Of a stretch of 63,972 bases of DNA, positions 1-12,670 are shown piece after piece (positions within the stretch are counted from its first letter, which is position 1; the number at the start of each line of letters is the position of its first letter). The translations under genes and the position numbers were made by a program. This stretch comes from Lama guanicoe (taxonomy: Eukaryota): positions 5,799,914-5,863,885 of the forward strand of contig MU055263.1 in the NCBI GenBank assembly GCA_013239625.1, in the 5' to 3' direction. The notes below the pieces were generated by a model. The model worked only from the letters and a program-made list of their open reading frames with translations. It had not been told where the DNA came from and searched no databases.

Positions 1-600
1 GGGACTGGGCGGGGGCGGGGCGGGGGCCGCGCCGGGGCGGCGGCGGCGGAGGAGGGAGAGGGAGAGCGGCTGCGGCGGCTGCGGCGGCTGCGCCCGCTGT
101 CGACTTCGCAGCCGCCGCGGCCCGAGTGTTGCCGAGCTTCGGGACTGCGGGGCCGGGGACTCACCGCTCAGCGCTGGAAACAAAGCGCGGCTGCCGTCTC
201 CCGGGAGCGCGCCACGAGGCCGCCCGGCCGCCCCGCCGCGAGCGCCGGTGCGCGGGCAGCAGGGCCCGGCTGCACACCTCTCGCGGGCCGGGAGAGGGTC
301 GGGAGAGGGGCGTAGGACTGCCCAGGCGCACATGCGAGGGGCCCTGGAAGTGCGGTGTTTGCGTCGGCCGCCGCCTTCTCACGTGTGCATCCTGAGCGAC
401 TGGTTATTTACAGATGGGTTTGCAGCCTAAGGGAAGACTGGGAGCAGGCGAGAACTTAACTCTCACCCACAGAAATCTCTCTGTCTTTTCTTACACCGCG
501 TGCTTAGACAGGCTGCAGAGCCGCGTGGCAGTTTACAGTTGTACCAAACTAAGCGGCTTAAGTTAGGATTCTGGGCCTCCAGTAGCGTCCGTCTCTCTCA
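1..600 (-). promoter_or_regulatory. CpG-island promoter of a gene transcribed leftward out of the window (probably LRRC8B by synteny with the GBP cluster; KYAT3 not excluded)
   Basis: Very high GC and CpG density over 1-~400, tandem GC boxes (GGGCGG) at 7-40, E-box CACGTG at 380-385. Identity of the gene is inferred from mammalian GBP-cluster gene order only; no coding sequence is present. Confidence 0.8.
165..300 (-). other. Probable non-coding first exon of the leftward gene (5' end approximate)
   Basis: Plus-strand ACTCACCG at 159-166 reads CG|GTGAGT on the minus strand, a near-consensus U2 donor inside the CpG island. Confidence 0.5.
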
Positions 601-1146
601 TAAATCCTTATCCTCGAGATGGGGAGGGAGCACCATGGCAGAGGGGCCTGGTTTTACTCATAAAGGGGGTTTTACGGCCGGTCCACCTGCCTACTGCCCC
701 GCTCGGTTTCCTTCTGCAGTTGAGTGGCCTTCCTTTGAAAAGCAGCAAGGCGCCTTACCGAACAAACAATCCAAACCCAGGAATTCGGGGGATTTAAAAT
801 TTTTGTTATCCCCATTCACCACCTCCTCTCATCCCACCCCAGATTTAACTGTCTTTTTGCACAGGCTGTCATCCTCAACACTCTGATTCAATTTAGGCAA
901 CACCTCTATCTCCGGATTGCTACAGGGATCACATTCCCATTAAAAAAAAAAGTTTTTACAGGAACCTCCCAAAGGAATAAAATAAAGACTATAAAAAACT
1001 AAGCCTTTGAAGCATATCTGATCGGTTTGTATAAATGAAAGTAAATGGCACAACTGTGCTATCTGAGACGGAGATGTGCCCGACAGAGACTGATTAGGAC
1101 TAGGGATTGAATTACCCTGAAAAGGAATAAGAAGGCTGTCTTCTCT

Positions 1147-1191
1147 ATTCTCTCCTTGTCCACTCCATTCTCTCCTTGTCCACTCCATTCT
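1147..1191. repeat. Perfect 20-bp tandem duplication (ATTCTCTCCTTGTCCACTCC x2 + ATTCT)
   Basis: Directly visible. Confidence 0.95.
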
Positions 1192-1559
1192 GAGCTGGCA
1201 GCTGCCCTTCCTGAGTCTTGGAGGAAAGGCTGAAAGAGCATTCCTTCCTTTGGTCATTGATAGAGTTTTTATTGAGCTTGTGAGTGTGAGACATTAGAGT
1301 ATGTGTGTATGGACAGATCTTTTAAGCTAACTTAGATTTGGGTTTGGTCCTCAAACTGCCTACAACCTGGAGGGGAAGATAAAAGCTACAGAATTAAATA
1401 TAAAACAGGGAAAAAAGTGAGTATTATGAGAAATACTGATTGTGAAGTCATGACATTAAAAACTGAAAATGTCTAATTTCCCATATGTGTCTTTGAATGT
1501 TTAGAAAGGAATATTCTCTCCCTTTCCAAATCTATGAACAGAGAATCCATTCTTCTGTC

Positions 1560-1675
1560 ACAGCAATATCACTACCTGTGTGATTTGGGGGAGTCACTTA
1601 ACGTCCTTGGGAGTCAATCTCTTTATCTATAAAATAAGAGATTATAAACTAGACGATCTGTTAAGATTTCAACTC
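1560..1675 (+). mobile_element. MIR SINE fragment
   Basis: tgtgtgatttggggg...cacttaac...tctataaaataaga resembles the MIR core. Confidence 0.55.
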
Positions 1676-4600
1676 CAGTGAGGGTACGAGTGAAAAAGTG
1701 ACTCCCGTGCTTGGTAACCCAAGTCACCATTAGCAGGAAGATAAAGTGCTCAAGTTCATAAAAACTACCATATCAGCTCTGGGTTCATCTCAGATATGTA
1801 GCTTATTAATGTGTTTATTTTGTTCCAATTCTCATTAACAAAATCGCCCTCCATGATAACAACACATATTACTAACACTGGAAAAAGTGGGCTTCTGAAT
1901 TTGAGCTATTGCTCCTGGGAATCCTCCTCTGAAACTGTAGCATCAAATAGATGTTTCTTTGTTTCTTCCTCCTCCTATTTCGCTTCATGTAAGCTCCTGC
2001 CTGCGTTGCAGTGGGGAGAAAACTGAATAACCTCAAACGCTGTTCTCGAAGAACTTTAATACTACTCACGTGATTCGGGCCCAAAAAGAAAGAGAGTATT
2101 TAGTAACTAGAAATTACTGGCATCCCAGGGTAGGCCTTATAATGAGAAATACAAAAGTGTTTGGTGTTTCATGCCTGTTCCCAGTTTTTGTACTACATTG
2201 CAATCTCTTTGAAAACACAACAGGTGGAGTCTTGAAATATGCTCAAGTCCTTAGAGGAGTATCTGAAATTCTCTAAGGGACTCTCTGATAACTTATTGTT
2301 ATCGAAGAAAATCAATTATTCTATTCAAAGGAAATTCTAGAAGACTCAGTCAGTATGTCCACAGCCAAATTTGTCAAAGTGTAAAATTGTGTTTAGAAGT
2401 CTCATCATAAATATTAAGCACTCATTTTGTGCCCATCAGTACGCTAGACATCAAACGTGATATCAAAAAAAGCATCAGTCTTGGTTTCTGACCTCAAGCA
2501 GCTCAAAACTTAGATGAACATATGGAAGACAACCAAGTACTACTTACATGAAGAGCTGGATCAGTGCAGGTGGTAATAATCAGGAAGAGTCTGATTGTTT
2601 AGAAAGAACTAAATTCTATACCTTTGCCTTCTCTGCCCCAATTATTGTCTTAAAATGACCAATCCACCCTCAGGGCTCAGTCAATCTCTTTCTGGTTAGC
2701 TGAGAAACTCTGGAAGAAACAGACGTAGAAATACTCTTTTCTTCAGCATGCCATTGGTTTGGGGAATAGCTAGGGGTAGGCGCCCCACATTCATATGATA
2801 AAGGGGATGGCTGTGAGCAGCAGTGCTGCCAGTTCCGCTGCCCAGTGACACAAGCAGAGTCACGAATAACAGACATGAAAGGGTCACTACAGCCTGGTCA
2901 TCTGGTTATTGAGCTGCGTGAGCCACATGGAATAATCAGCTCGCTCCTGGGCTTGGCAGGGCCCTTCTGAGTTGACTCCCTGAAAAACAAAATGAAACAA
3001 AACAAAAAAACCCAAACCAAACCAAAAAAAAGAGAGAGAGACCCTGAGTGTCATCAGCATTAAGCTATGCTGCCATGTGGCTGCCTTGATAAGTGTTCAG
3101 TTTCCTCTGTGTCATGAGAAAATTTTTATGATTCATAGAAGACAGAGTATTATCCAATATTAACAGTTCTTTTCCAATTCTGTATTCTAAAATTATTTCT
3201 GATAATGAAAACTCTATTTCTTTAAATTAATTAAAACATTGAAAGTCTACAGCGTCTAAAAGAAAGCACTGGAGATCTGGAGAGGTGAGGCAGAATTCCA
3301 CGGTAAACAGGAATTATTGCTCCTTTTCCTCAGAGGCATGTAGTCTTCAGGGGAAGCACGCAGCACCTGAACGGAGAGGAGAGGTTGGTGGGCCATGCAG
3401 GGTTAAAGGAGGAGCATAGGAACATGGGTCTGGGAAAGTCTGGCTAGCTTTATGGTGCTCGATTGAAATACTACTTTGGAATATTGTCTCAGCATCAGGG
3501 TTCAAGTTTGTTAGTCCCACTGAGACGTCAGGTCAGAGAAAAGAGCAGCAGTGAGAAGGCATGCACGGCTCTGCATTCTCAGAAAGTTACCCCCTGGTTC
3601 AGCTGTGCATGACTGGGCATACTGTCACTGAGGGAGAACTGGTATTTATTTTTGGCCAGAGACTTCACCATGTTTCCCTGACCTTTCCAGTCTCCTGGTT
3701 GGAGAGGTTTAATGTGAGCTCTCCTTGGGCCTGGGAGAGACTCTGAGAATGACCCCTGAGGATGAGCTCAGTGGTGAGAATTCCAAGGACAGGATGAGGA
3801 GGACACTGCGTGTGTTTTTGGAATAAGGTAGCTTGACTAGAGACGGTAATGGTGCAAGGCCAGCTGTGCACTTCTGTGTGAGCTGATCCCTTATCATGGT
3901 CCCAGTCTTAAATATTCACTGACCAATTGCTCTGTGTTCTCGGTACCCACTGTGCTGAGTGACCCTCTGCCTTAACTATGGGACACCCCTTCCTTTTTCT
4001 GACGAGTGTTAGGAAGGCGACCTTCCAGGCTCTTCTCCAAAGGAAAAACACGAATTCCTGCAGCAGGATGCCCGCCATCCCCAGCTAATCTGTCTTCTGG
4101 GAAGACGTCCAAACGTTTCTTTGAAAGTTTCCCATGCATCCCATTTAAAGAATATGTACTGTCATCTGGGTCACATACTGTGTTCCACCACACAGGAGCC
4201 AGCCAGTTATTGACTCTTGTCCCTTTCCCATCCATAAAATGCAGACTTCTAAGAAAACGTTTGCAAGTGAAGCCAGGCTGAAACTTAGAATTAAAGCAGA
4301 GCTGGTGCTCCTTAGCTCCTGTGAAGTGGTCTGAAGAAAGCCCTGATGGGTTCTGCTAGAGACAGTGCCTGCTGGGGTCCCTGTAAGCATTCAATCTATG
4401 TTCCCTGGACCACGTTGAAATCTGGGCAAAAGGGTTCCCGATGCTGTGGAAGCAGCTGGTTTCTGAGGTTCCTCACAGTCAGCTCATTTCTTTGCTTTGC
4501 AGTGACCCAGGTCTAACACCATCCAGAGTTTGATTCCACCCCCACTCCCACGTTTTGTCCCTCAGCGGCTGTGTGTGTATGCACTTGAGCACGTGGGTTT

Positions 4601-4981
4601 CTTGACCTACTATTAGGCTATCTGTTCATTGTAATACACATTTAATACCGGACTTCAGTTCTTGCCCGGACCGATTCTCTAAGAGTAGGATGTAATGTGT
4701 GCGCGCACGTGTGTGTGTATAATTTGTTAAGAATTTTTTTAGACTCAAAACAAATTATAAAAGAACAAGATTCAGAACAGTTTAGAGCTAGAGAGGAAGA
4801 GATGTGTGCCAGAAAGTGTATGAGAATTTGTGTCTTGGGTTCTGCTGGTGGCTCTTCTGGCCGTGAGACCTGGGGCAAGCCACCAGCAGTCTAGGCAGGA
4901 GTTTCTGTTTTCTATGTGTTTAATGTACCTACCCTGGACTACATAAGAAAAGCAGATAGAAATAGTCCATGCTCCAGCTAT

Positions 4982-5156
4982 CTCAGACTTCATTACATTT
5001 TACTCACTCATTTATCGTCCAACAAATATTTATTCTATGCCTACTGTGTGCAGAACACTGGACTGGCTCTGAGGATGCACTGGTCCATTTGATGGATGTG
5101 GCCTTTGCCCTCCTGGGGCCCACAAGTCTCCAAGCATTCCTCCAGGGACCGTTAGG
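4982..5156 (-). repeat. Left arm of a ~170-bp inverted repeat (contains an L2 3' end)
   Basis: L2 tail motif cattt...aacaaatatttatt; roughly 80% identical by eye to the reverse complement of 6508-6677. Confidence 0.85.
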
Positions 5157-5427
5157 CTGGACATGATAAATAAGTGAGGACTAACTAACCAAACCCCAGT
5201 GTGTCCCCACACCACCATTCTCTTCAGCTTTGTCTCCTGAATCCTATGCATCCAAATGCAGACACACCTTCCAATTATCCACTTATTCTTCTACTAACAT
5301 CTCTGCCAACTTCTTTATATCCAGTTCACTCTCTCCACCAAATTTTTTGGAGCATATAAAAACAAAAAGACATGTGCCCTCAAGAATCTTAAAGTTTTTA
5401 AAACAAAATAAAAAATAGAGGCAAACA

Positions 5428-5672
5428 GAAGAGACAGACTGGAATTTCAAAGTGTAGACTGGGAAAACAGGATTGTACTGTGTAGCACAGGAAATATACA
5501 CAGGATCTTGTGGTGGCTCACAGCAAAAGGGAATGTGACAATGAATGCATGTGTGTTCATGTATAACTGAAAAATTGTGCTTGCCACTGGAATTTGACGC
5601 AACATTGTAAAATGACTATAACTCAATTAAAAAAATGTTTAAAAAAAAGATACATGCTTACCAAAAAAAAAC
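5428..5672 (+). mobile_element. 5'-truncated camelid-type L1 3' end with target-site duplication
   Basis: L1 3'UTR (ggatcttgtggtggctcacagc...gactataactcaat) plus A-tail, flanked by AAAAAATAGAGGCAAACA (5410-5427) and AAAAAACAGAGGCAAACA (5673-5690). A second similar copy lies at ~28305-28500. Confidence 0.85.
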
Positions 5673-6507
5673 AAAAAACAGAGGCAAACATGTAGCTGGA
5701 TACATGAGCAAATACAAGGCTGAGCAGAATTTCCTAATACAGGATATTGACATGGGTCAGAGCCTACGACTCAGATACGCTTTGTCACAGCTGAATGTAA
5801 CCAGGTCGCCTCTGAAAAACAGAAGTATGATAATAAACCAGGTGTCCTTCATCTCGTTACAAAACTGAAGGGCAAAGATAGTCGGGTCTCACACGGTAGG
5901 TGAGCGTGGGTTAAAGTGGAGAGGACGTCCCAGATTTCTCAGGGAAACTGAGACTAAAGGGCAACGTGAAGGACTTGAGGCCAGGGCAGCATAGCTTTTG
6001 GTGTCTGCTGCAGGCCTGTGTGCCTGGGGGAGTGACAGACAGCTCGATCACAAGTAAGAGCGAGGGGGAGTGTACTGAAGGCGGAAACGGATGCATAGGT
6101 TGGTCTAAGTTTCACAATTTTGCCTTCATCTTTGAGTGAACTTGATTATCAAATAAAATCTCTGGGTTTGCTTAATTTGCTTAACCAATTCAATAAGCAG
6201 GTAAAACATTTTGCTCTTCAGGGTCCTCAGGGACAGAGAAAAAAGATGTGTGCATTCTGACAAAACAGAGTCATAATGCAAGTAATTTCTATTTATAAAC
6301 TATTTTATGGTTCATGCATATCACTCAAACAGTGTATTACTGCCATTTCTAAACAATATGCTCTCGCCTCTGTCGTCTGCACACCTGAGTTACAGCGTCT
6401 ATTAGCGGTCCCCAGTCTTGCTGAGTCATTCTTTGCATCCTCCTGTAGCTCGGCCAACATTCAGAGGCCCAGCAGGTTGAGAGTTGACAAGTGCTTAGCT
6501 ACAGATC

Positions 6508-6677
6508 CCTAACTTCCTCTGGAGGAATGCTGCAAGACTGTGGACCTCAGGAGGGCAAAGGTCACATCCATCACATCGACTAGGACATCCTCAGAACCCA
6601 GTGCAGTGTTGTGCACATGGCAGGCACCAAGTAAATATTTGTGAGATGATAAATGAAGGAGTGAAGTGAAGTCTGAG
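6508..6677 (+). repeat. Right arm of the inverted repeat (contains an L2 3' end)
   Basis: Reverse complement matches 4982-5156. Confidence 0.85.
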
Positions 6678-7169
6678 GCTTCTGAAATGCACATCTTCTC
6701 TATCTTGTACAGTGCAGGGTCCTCTCAAGCTTTGATCCCTAGCTCTGTCTACGTTAACATGTTCTTACTTGATGGAAGAATCAACACACTTGAAGACTGG
6801 GGTTTGGAAGTGGGAAGGAGTACACAGGAGTGATTCAGGAAAACAAGGAAATGGGATACAAGAGGCAACATTTGTCAAAGTTTGCTAAAAAAAAATTACC
6901 TATTACAAGGTTACTATTATATTTCTCACTGCTGTGTATGTCTGCATCTTCACCTTCTGGTAACATATACATCCACGTTGGATTGAGCCATTTTCCCCAA
7001 CTCAAGGATGTTGTGACTTTGAAGTACCATAATATCTTGAGATTTCTTTGATAATTTTTGACCAGTGGGTTCTAGAGATGCTGGAAACCTTGACAGTATA
7101 AAATAACAAGACACTGTGAAAACATGAGTCAGAAAATCATGACTCCCTTTAGACACAGCTACTTAAATA

Positions 7170-7480
7170 CTGCATGGCGACTGAAAGTATGGATTCTGGA
7201 GCAAGATTACTTGGATTCAAATCCTGACTGTGCCCTTGTGAGCTGCTCGATTTTTGTTGTTACTTGATTTCTCTGTGCCTTAGTTTTCTTTTTGAAAACT
7301 GAGTTGTGGTGAGGACTAAATAAATAACACTGTTAGAGCAGTTCTGGGCACATAGGAAGTGCCGTATTAATCTTGGCTCTTGTTGCAAAACGGGCAAGTC
7401 ACTTACCCACTCTGGGCTTAGAGTTTCCAGGTATAAAATGAGAGGTTTTGACTGGATTTTCTCTAAGGCCCTCCTGAACC
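7170..7480 (+). mobile_element. MIR fragments
   Basis: ggattcaaatcctgact...ctctgtgccttagtttt...gtgaggactaaataa and gggcaagtcacttac are MIR core motifs. Confidence 0.6.
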
Positions 7481-8329
7481 TACTGTTTTCAAATGCTTAC
7501 AGTCCATGCTCTCTTCTACATGTACGGATGCCGTTTGTGATAGGGAAGTGCATGATTAGTTAGTAAATGCTTTCCTTGATTGATGGAAGGAGAGGTTACT
7601 AGGAGATTGAGACAGTCTCCTTCACTAGAACTTAAATCCCTCAGGGTAAGAACTTCCTCCTCAGGGTCCCAAGGCCTAACGTGGTGCCTGGGGACAGGGG
7701 CTGCTCTGTGAACTGTTGATGAAGGTGGCGTAAATGCCTGGGTCCTGTGTCCCCAGGGCTGTGGGGCTGGGAAGGGGCTGTAACTGCTTCCTAAGCCTCG
7801 TCTCAGTTACAGCCACTTACACCGAATATTCAGAACACATTAGTGCTCTCTGCTGGGGACATTCCCAGTACAGGCGTTCATGGTGGATTGAGGCTTTGAC
7901 GGCAAATTCTTACTTGAGTCCGTAAGTCCTGGATTTGAGAAGCAGGGTACGGCAGATACACACAGTTTGCTGTGTCGCAAGCACAGATTTGGTGTTACGG
8001 CGTTGAGGATGACACGATCGGCATTAAAACGCCACGTCTCATTTCTTTGCCATGTATTTACGCCTTTCTTCCAGAGCACTTGTGTCCATACATTTGTACA
8101 CATGTTGTGTTTGCTCTCATTCATTTTAAGTGAAAACAGAGATGGCATTAATTAAAATATTAAGGTTAAGAAAATGAAAAGACAGCCCACAGAGTGGTAG
8201 AAAATATTCACATATAATATACCTGCTAAGGGACTTACACCCAGAGTGCATGAAAACAAAACTCAGCAAAACAAAGGGATTTACGCTTCCCATTTAAGTG
8301 ACTATTTTCTCTATACCTCGAGTTCTTTT

Positions 8330-8981
8330 TTTTTTTTTGACGTTACTGCTTTCTTTTTCATTAATTGAACGTTTTCTAATATTACGTTTTAATTTCTCTA
8401 ATGATTTTCTTGCTGTATATTTTTAGTTGTTTCCTTAGTCATTGCTTTAGGGCTTACCGTGCACATCTTATCAAAACCAGTTTCGGAATTGCACCAGCCA
8501 TTCCAGAGGATGTAGAGACGGCGTTCCCACACAGCTCTGTTCTCTCTGCCCTCTTACTGTGGTATTCTTGTCGTAGTATTATCTCTATGCATGTTACAAG
8601 CCCAACAAAACTTCATTATAATTATTATTCTCTTACGTAATTGTATGTCTTTTACAGAAGCTGAGAGGAGAAGGGAGAGCAAGTATATACGTGTAACTTT
8701 TCTCACATTAGCCTTCTTACCATTTCAGGGTCTCTGCACTTGCTCCTTTGGATTCAAGTGAAACATCTGGAGTCAATTCTTAACCCAGCGTAGGTTTGTT
8801 CTCACCAACCTCCTTGCGCTGCTATTGGCAAATATATTACATTTCTGTATGTTATAGGCCCTCAGATACAATTAAATATATATTGCTTTATGCTTTTTAA
8901 AGGAGGTAAGAGAAGAAAGGGTAAGAAATAGGCATTTATACTCCTTTATAATTGCATGATTACCTTCACCAGTGTTCTTTG

Positions 8982-9014
<33 letters not shown>

Positions 9015-11270
9015 CAGATTATTGTCTTGGGTCATTTGCTTTCAGCCTGAAGAACTAACTTCAGTATATCTTGTAAGTAGGTCTGCTGGCAGCAGATTCT
9101 TTCCGTTTTTGTTTATCCAAATGTCTTTTTATTTCATCTTCATTTTTAAATGATAATGTTCCTGGATGTAGGAGTCTTGATTAAGAGTTTTTAAAATTTG
9201 AGGGCTGAGAGTATGTTATCCCATTGCCTTCAGCCGTCTATTGTTTCTGACGATAAGTCAGCTGTTAATCTTATAGGAGTTTCCCTGAGCGAGGAGTCAT
9301 TTTTCTCTTGCTGCCTTCAAGATTTTCTTTGGCATTTTTACTATGATGTGCCTATTCGTGGGTCTTTTTGAGTTTATCCTACTTGCAGGTTGTTGAACTT
9401 CCTGGATATGTAGATTTAAATTTTTTCAGTAAATTTGGGAATTTCTTAGCCACTAACTTTTCAAACATTTTTCTGCTCCTTTCTGTCTCTCTTCTTCCAG
9501 TGCTGCCTTTCCACGTCTGTCGGTGTGCTTTAGTGTCCCACATTTCTCTGAGGCTTTGCTCATTTTTTTCTTCATTCTTTTTTCACTCTGTTCTCTGGAT
9601 TGCATAATTTCTATTGATCTGTTCTCAAGTTCTTCAATTGGTACCTTCTGCCAGTTTAAGTGTACTATTGATCCCATCTAGTGAATTTTAAAATGTCAGT
9701 TACTGCACCTTTCAACTCTAAAATTTCCATTTGGTTATTTTTAATAACTGCTGTCTCTTTATTAATGTTCTCTATGTGATGTGGCACTGTCATCATGCTT
9801 TACTTCTAAAATCGTGGTTTCCTTTGTTTCTTTGAACATATTTATAATGGCTTCTTTTCTCACATCTGGTCGCTCCTGCAGGTGGCTTTATTGCCTGCTT
9901 TTCTTCTGGTATCTAGGCCATAATTTCCTGCTTATTTTGCATGTCTCATAATATTTTTTGGAAAATGAACATTTTCGATATTGCAGCAACTTTGGGCACT
10001 GGCTTCATCTCTCCCCTCTTCCCGTGCTTCTCATTGTTGTTAGCTGTTTACTTGTGTAAAGACTAACTGGATTATCTTAGTGATGTCTGTTCCCTGCTCC
10101 TCCTCCTCTATCCCCTAAACAGACACAGGGTAAAGCCTCTGATGTTTTTCCTCAGGGATTCATCCGTGGACATGGCCAGCCACTCTGGGACAACAGGGTT
10201 TTAGAAGGACTTTGGCAGTGTTTGTCTAGTTACCTGACCACACTAACCTATGAAACTCCACTAACTGCCGGTTAAAAGCTCTATTGTTTGTAACAATGCC
10301 CTGGAGAATGAATTATTTACACCCTAATCCAGTCAAATTCAGGCTGCTATGAAGGGACAGTTCCTGATGGTCAGTGTTTGAAGTTTATTCAGACTCTAGT
10401 TCTTGCAGCTGTTTTCTCACTTTTCTCCAGCAACTAGTTGGCTTATCATTCAGCCTGTATTTTCAATGAGTTTATCAGTCTCCTCTCCACTGCCTCTCAC
10501 CAACACTTCTACTGTTTTTGAAAGCACCCTTGGATTTGAGCTTCATATGCTGTTGCAAATAAAGTCGGCTCCTTTGGGGAGAGGATCTGAGCTCTCTGTT
10601 CTCAGGGAGAATTTCTGAGCCACAACTCTGGTGCTGGAGCGAGGACCAGCAGGTCAGTTCTGGGCGACAGCCCAGTGTGGAGAAGTAAGTGCCCAGCGGG
10701 TACAAGGGCAGGAGCCCCGGGTGCCCTCAGCCTGTCTCCCTCGGCACAAGCCCAGGTCCTGTCAGCTGAGTCCAGAGCAGCTGGGGCCGCAGTGTCCTGC
10801 CATGCCCAGGGGAGAACCCTTGTCTCGTGAGAGGAAGCTTGGTGGAAGAATGGAGCCCCCGCCTTTTGGCTGCACTTGTCCAGAACTTTGCCTCAGCAGC
10901 AAGTATCTAGCGGCAGCATGAGAAATGCTAATGTCCTGTCCTTCCCAGGAGGACAACCCTCCAACCAGGACCTGGGGGGAGTCAGAACCTTGTGTTCTTG
11001 GTGGTACCAGTCTGGGTGGAGTTCCCAGCTCAATGAGTGGAGTGGGGAAGGGTACGGGTCTTCAGTTGCTACAGACTCCTGTCGTTTTATGGAGTTGTAG
11101 TAAATATTTTTGAGTAAATGTGTCCTCATTTGCTGTATGCCTGTAGGGGCATTTCCATTTTTTGTATGCCCATAAGGCCAACTGTTTTTAAATGGGTGTT
11201 TTAAAAACAATTTTCATCAGTTTTGCTGAGAAGTGAGTCTGAGTTGCACACCATCATGCCAGAAGTGGAG
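8330..11270 (-). mobile_element. Old degraded L1 (ORF1/ORF2-start and 5' region), antisense
   Basis: T-rich strand bias and L1 signature strings (gataagtcagctgttaatct, ttttctcttgctgccttcaagatttt, aaatttgggaatttc). Boundaries approximate. Confidence 0.7.
8983..9013. repeat. (TG)15 microsatellite
   Basis: Directly visible. Confidence 0.95.
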
Positions 11271-11749
11271 CCAGAAAGGGGAAACTGAACCAGTATAGAT
11301 TAGCATTCTCTTTAGCTGAGGGCTTGGAGTATCTTTGGTTGCTAGTGGAAGGCCTAAGATATATTTGTAGTATTAAAAATTAATAATAATAATAATAATT
11401 TTCTTATGTTAGTATCTTAGAAGCAAAGCCTAAGGTGGCAATTCCTGTAGATGATTTGTTGCTTGAATCCTCTGAGAAGAAATCTTTAGAGAAGTGGAGA
11501 CATGGGAGGATGCAAGTTCCCAGGCATCTCTCAAGGGAGAGCATGTGAGCGACTAGCAGCCAGCACTCACAGCGTCCTGGGATGGATACTCTGCTGTAAG
11601 GAGACTAAGAGAGTTCAATAGCAGCTATCAAAATCTAAATCAACCTCACAAAAATGATCATAGTAAAGAGTATGTGAAGAGCACAGACTCAGAACAGAGT
11701 TCAGTAACAGCTGCCACAAGAAGCTAAATCAACCACATAAACATGATTG

Positions 11750-11975
11750 TAGTAACAGTAATAAAAATAATATAACAGCCACTCTTATCGGACACTTTCT
11801 ACCTTTTAAGGAAGTACACTTATCATCTCTAATTCGCATGACCACACAGTAAATTAGATATTATTCCTACATTTCTGCAGGTGAAGAGATTAGAGCTGAC
11901 CTCTTCTAGGTCACTTAGCTTGGTTCTAGAGCTTTGTCTCAGATGCAACTCATCTGACTCCAAGGCCCGTCCTCT
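11750..11975 (-). mobile_element. MIR SINE
   Basis: aataataacagcc...attattcctacattt...catctgactccaaggccc matches antisense MIR. Confidence 0.55.
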
Positions 11976-12584
11976 ATCCATTATTTACACAAAACTGTCC
12001 AAGAAGAGGTAAAGAAATGAGAAATGAAAGCAAAACAGAGGGTAAAAACAGAGAAGAGAATAAAATGGTAAGCATAAAAGTATAAAAGTATAGTCATGCA
12101 TGGGAGCGCCAGGGCAGGACCAACAGGTGCCCCAGTAGCTCTTCATGAGCACAAATACCCTCAGATTTGGTCTAAGCCTTCTGAGGTCAGCCTTGTCAAG
12201 GCTCAACAATGCTGAACTCTTTTGGTTAATATCACTCAAGGGGGGAGAATTTGAGGAAAATTGCACATGGGTCCATTTCTCACTCAACTTGCTTAAATTA
12301 CTTGGCTTAGCAAGGAGCAGAGCTATTTCTCTGAAGCAAGAACCCCACATGGCAAATATTTTCCTTCAAATTAATTGGCAGTGGAGAGACTCCAAGTAGT
12401 GCTCCATCCCCCGAAGCCCCATTGTGGTTCAAATGCTAAGTGTTCAGCTGCTCCACGAACATCAATTTAAATAGCATCCTGCAGTGGCCTCTTCAGAAAG
12501 AGCCAGATTTGTGTAAACAGAGAATACACACACCTGGTCTCTCTTCACAAGGTAGCACTGTGATGTTTCCTAGTAAGAACGAAT

Positions 12585-12670
12585 ACATGTGTGAATGTGC
12601 ATGACTGGGACATTGTGCACCAGAAATTGACACACTGTAACTGACTGTACCTCAGCTGAAAAAAAAAAAA
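12585..12670 (+). mobile_element. Very short L1 3' end with A-tail
   Basis: caccagaaattgacacactgtaactgactgtacctc followed by an A run. Confidence 0.65.

Noticed and set aside
126-886. ORFs in the left CpG island
   Set aside because: Low-complexity GC-driven ORFs with no recognisable homology.
4982-6677. L2-derived microRNA hairpin (miR-28/151 type)
   Set aside because: The arms are 1.35 kb apart with tails pointing outward, so there is no compact pre-miRNA stem.
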